Of a DNA stretch of 64,000 nucleotides, positions 59,789-64,000 are shown piece by piece (within the stretch, counting starts at the first letter, position 1; each line of letters opens with the position of its first letter). Origin of the DNA: Selaginella moellendorffii (Eukaryota > Plantae > Lycopodiophyta); assembly GCF_000143415.4 (NCBI RefSeq), contig NW_003314262.1, positions 3,725,799 to 3,789,798 of the forward strand. The letters are read 5' to 3'. The notes beneath the pieces are model-generated. The model saw only the letters and a program-made list of their open reading frames with translations, was not told where the DNA came from and searched no databases. Made by a program: the position numbers and the translations under genes.

Positions 59789-61641
59789 ATGGAGCTTTTC
59801 CTGCAGTCCTGGAATGCTCTGTACTTTCTCATGTTTCTACTCTCTTTGTGGCTAATCTCCCAAAAGTTCTACAAATCATCCACGATCAAACTCCCGCCGG
59901 GAAGCCATGGCTTGCCTCTTGTCGGAGAATCTCTCTCTCTCTTTTGGGGATCCCCTCTGGGCTTTCTCAGCACTCGATGCAAGCGGTCCTTCTGTGACTT
60001 TCGCTTCGATCTTGCTTTAACTAACTGTGATCATTCTACAGATTTGGAGGAGTTTTCTGGAGTAACTTGCTTGGATCTCCCACCATCGTTGCAACAACGG
60101 TAGAGTCGGCCAAGTTCTTTCTCAGCTGCGCAGACTGTGGCCCCTCGGGTCTGTTTGCCCGATTGCTTGGGCCAGAAACTATAAACGAGGTCATCGGGAG
60201 TCAGCATGCGCTCTACCGGAGAATCTTTCTAGGGCTGATGGTTCCAGAGGCGCTCAAGTGCCACGTCCAAATGATTGATATCTTGGCTCAGGATACTCTC
60301 GAGTCATGGGGGTCGAAAAAGACGGTGTCGGTTATGGAAGAAACTCTCAAGGTTTTCATCACATCTTTGTGTCGCTTGATCGTTTGATCTGGTTTTATAC
60401 TTTTGCCAGTTCAGCTACTGCACGTTGATTGGATTAGTGTGCAAGAAACTCCTGCCCTCCACTCCGGAGATGATTGATCTCATGAAAGACGCCCAAACGA
60501 TAGAGAATGGGGTGCTCCAGTTTCCAATCGACTTACCCTTCTCACCTTATCGCAAAGCGTTACAGGTTTTTGCGTGGTTTTTTATTTTTCTAATTCTAGA
60601 TCTATTGTTGTAATTGAGCAGGCCAGGGCAAGGCTCCACAGATTCTTGGATGGGCTCATCAACGAGAGAAGGGCCGAACTAGCTGCCAACGGTGAAAAGC
60701 GCAAAGATGCGCTGGACGAGTTTATTACGCACAAAGATGACAAGGTTGGATTCCTCTCGAATCAACAAGTGGAAGACAATCTCGTGACACTGCTGTTCGG
60801 AGGCCACCACACCACAGCCCTTGCTCTCGTGTGGCTGATGAAACACTTGAATGGGAACCCACAGGCTTTCAAGGAAGTGGAGGTTATTATTATTGTTATT
60901 ATTATTATTGTGATTTTCTAAAATTCTATTTTGATTTCTAGGAGGAGCAAAGGAGAATCTTTCTTGGTAAAAGCTCCACCAATTACAACTTAACTTGGGA
61001 AGACACAAGCCAGATGCCAGCTACTCTAAGGGTTGTGGACTAAACTCCAATTTTATGTTAGATTTAATTCGAGTGCTTTTGTAGGCTGTCAATGAAAGTC
61101 TGAGGCTTTCTAATGTTGTGGGGGTGGTGACACGTAAACTCACTAAGGATATCAGCTACAAAGGTTTTATTACATATGATTGAAGCTAATTCCAATTATT
61201 TGTGTACTTTGTTGGTGTTAACAGGTTACACCTTGCCCAAAGATTGGATGGTTCATGTCTATATACCACCAATCCACTTAGATGACAGCATTTACCCTAA
61301 TGCAGCAAAATTTAATCCATCCAGATTTGAAGTATGGTATTTTTCGTGTTTATACTAAACCAAACCTTTTATTTTAGGTTCCAGCTAAAACTGGCACATT
61401 TATTCCATTTGGCTATGGAGATAGAATATGCCCAGGAAGTGCATTAAGTCTGTTAGAGCAAATGATTTTCATACACAGGCTTATCACAAAATACAGGTAA
61501 ATTCTTTTGCTCCTCTTTTCTTGTCAACAAATTGTAATCTTTTATTGAAGATGGGAGCCTGTCAATCCAAACAGTAAAACAAGCTACTGGCCAATGCCAT
61601 CCGTGAAAGATGGATACCTCGTACATGTTATGTCCATTTAG
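59789..61641 (+). CDS. Cytochrome P450, CYP85-clan-like, 9 exons, apparently intact
   Basis: TM anchor, LPPGSHGLPLVGESL, LLGSPTIV, I-helix LLFGGHHTT, ESLR (ExxR), FNPSRF and heme motif FGYGDRICPG. Manual splicing at GT-AG sites gives an open frame to TAG at 61639-61641. Confidence 0.9.
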
Positions 61642-61661
61642 TAAGAAATAATAAGAAAATA

Positions 61662-62692
61662 AAGTAAATTCTGCACAATGAAAAAGAGAATGTTAAGAGC
61701 GCTATTCTGATTAACTTTCTTGTCTCACCTCTATTCAAATTCCAAAGCTGTGATCTTCATAGTAAACAGGCTTGTTGCTGATTATCATGCAGTCATGTTT
61801 CCAAATCGAAAACTGATGAGGGCCTTCATGGACATTGAGAGCGGCGCCAACTCAATGGCCAGTTCCTACATTTCCACTGCACAGCAAGAGAGTACTTAAT
61901 TCACTGTAGGCAAGAAAACACTACCGTGACAATAGTCAAGTTCAATTCTCCACGAGGAGAACAAAGCCTGGAGTATTCTCTGGGAAAACTGCTTGATCAA
62001 TCGATATGTGCCCCTAAAATACAAACAAGTCAGCTAAAAAGACAACAAATGATCCGGAGGGTGCCTTTAAAACTTGCGTATCTCCCATTACACGGACAAG
62101 CCCTGGCACGTTAAGGTTAGCAAAGAATACCAAGGCTTGTCTTTACCAGCAGGACATGCCTGAGGGATGCTATTGCGCGCTTGGAAAAGGTACTCCAAAA
62201 TGAACAGTCCTGGTTATATCATTGTTCCATCTGTATATTGTGCGCCACTGTCGAGCAAAAGCAGATTTTCATCATCCACTAAGGCTCCGTTTGCACCAAT
62301 CCTGTAAGGACTGGTAAGAGCCGACAATTTTGCAATGGTAGAAAATACAAGCCACAAATTGTATCAAAGCTAGTTTCTAGAAATCCTTCCTTGTTGGAAC
62401 GAGAGCAGAGAAGTTCATCACCAACTTCCACCTCCGTAAGTTTGGCTTTCTCAGTAACGCAAGGACATGGGTACTCCACCAGCTAGCATGGAATGGAAGC
62501 CCAAAACTCAACCAGCATCCCTGCTCGGAAAGACCCGGTTACAATTGCAAAGAAAACGACGGAACTTTTACCTCAAGTGTTCTTGTTTCATCCCTGAGAT
62601 CTCAGCAGCATTTTTTATGGCCTTCGGCACAGATAGCGGCAATGGTCTGTGTAATACAGCCTGTCCATCTGATGTTCCATTTTTCCTGTCGA
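61662..62692 (-). pseudogene. Aminopeptidase P remnant, copy 2
   Basis: Direct repeat of 57434-58389 with substitutions and indels; cut off by the LTR. Confidence 0.85.
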
Positions 62693-64000
62693 ACTTGAGG
62701 CATAGTCTAGCTCCTGCTTGCATGCTTGTCCTTGTTCTGCGTCCGGCTTGAGTCTAAGCCCAAGCTCCACACCATGCTAGCTGGTGGAGTACCCATATCC
62801 TCGCGTTAGGCCACCAGTATGCTAAAATAGCACTAGACTTTGTTTGGCTCCGTTTTGCGTATTGGTCCTGGCATTGGGATGCTGGTTGCTCTAGGACTGT
62901 TCCAAGTCACTCCGGGCTCATGTCCCTTTGCTCCTTGGGTTATATGCTCGGGAGTTACTCCATGGTTCGGTTCTGTCACTCCTTGGCTCCATGCTTGGGG
63001 GTTTGGCACCGTTCCTTTGTTCAGTGGCCCAAGGCCCTGGAACTCGGGTTCTGCACCACGTTCCTTTGGACACGTGGCATGTGACACATGGCATTTGTCA
63101 CGTGGCACAAAGAGGGTTTAGGTTCCGCTTCGTGGTGTTATCTTATGGTAAATCACCATAGGATAAAGGGTAAAAACCACGTGCGCTACATTTGGTATCA
63201 GAGGATGAGTCTCAGCAAGTAGTATTCAATGAGATTGGGCAACTAGTCTCGTTACATACGCAAAGATGAAAACGATGATTCGAGTGGGTACACGTTTGGG
63301 TGCAATGACTTCGCAATCGTTCCTTGGGTATGGTTTTGGTTACCGTTTTGTACCGTATTATATGAGCTTGCTCTTGGGCTCATAGGAAGGATTGAGTTGT
63401 TCCAGTAGCACGAGTTTGCGCTTGGGCTCGTGAGTGAGGCACATTAGCAACTCAATGTTACACTTTGAGTTGGTAGGATTAATGTTAGCCTATCGGTGGT
63501 TCTATGAGTTGTTCCTTGTACCATGGGTGAAAGCAAACTCCTTGGGTTTGCTATGAGTGGCAAATAGGCTGGTCCATAGCTATTTAGCACGGCACTAGTG
63601 GATCCTTCCTAGGCATGATTACAAGTGGATCAATCAAGACTGTAGGGATAAGTCTGTTGGTTCAAGTAGTCATTGCCATGCTCTCTTATAAACTTTTCTT
63701 GGATTAAACTGAAGGCAGTGTGAAAGCAAGCTTAAAGTTTAGTCAAAGATGAGACCGAAAAGAGAGTCGTCAAGGATGAAGGATCAAACACGTAAATCAT
63801 TTTCTCTTCTTGAAGAAATGATTTGCAATGAGGTGTTAACTCATTGCTTATATTCACATTATGCAATCAAGAGTCCCTATCTTGATGTGTGTTGGAAATG
63901 ATAATCTTACAAATAGTGAGTTGTGGGATGGATAGCGGTGAAGCACTAAACCATTTTGTCTAGGCTTGCTATTGGAAGACTTGGGTTGCAATGCTCAATT
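62687..64000 (+). mobile_element. LTR retrotransposon 5' end: LTR 62687-63190, tRNA-iMet PBS and internal leader running off the window
   Basis: The LTR ends ...gcgctaCA (63190), followed by tt-TGGTATCAGAG (63193-63203), the canonical plant initiator-Met PBS. Homologous to 1671-2830 and 8570-9260. Confidence 0.88.

Overview
Eukaryotic land-plant nuclear DNA. The very short (about 40-70 bp) introns, dense gene packing and many PLS-class PPR genes and fragments resemble a Selaginella-type lycophyte genome; this is an inference, not a database match. Layout: (1) 1-9.3 kb, a decayed nested Ty3/gypsy LTR-retrotransposon block. (2) 10.2-26.5 kb, compact genes: GDSL lipase, saccharopine dehydrogenase-like, ALKBH9/10-like, PPR, phytepsin, DHHC S-acyltransferase and TBC RabGAP. 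(3) 27.2-29.8 kb, a hAT transposon with TIRs and an 8-bp TSD. (4) 30-46.1 kb, a mosaic tandem array with a period of about 5.1 kb. Each unit carries one intact, intronless, secreted spherulin-4/GH135-like gene among broken host-gene fragments (TBC, pirin, PPR). (5) 46.7-64 kb: a CHCHD2-like gene, PPR pseudogenes, a damaged PUS7/TruD gene with an AT-AC U12 intron, two aminopeptidase P remnants flanking an intact CYP85-clan P450, and the start of an LTR element. The best candidate for an undescribed system is the triplicated GH135-like gene: probably acquired from a microbe, adapted for secretion, and fused downstream of a copied host 5' region. The runner-up is an operon-like PPR-ALKBH-SCCPDH run with spacers of only 20 and 53 bp.
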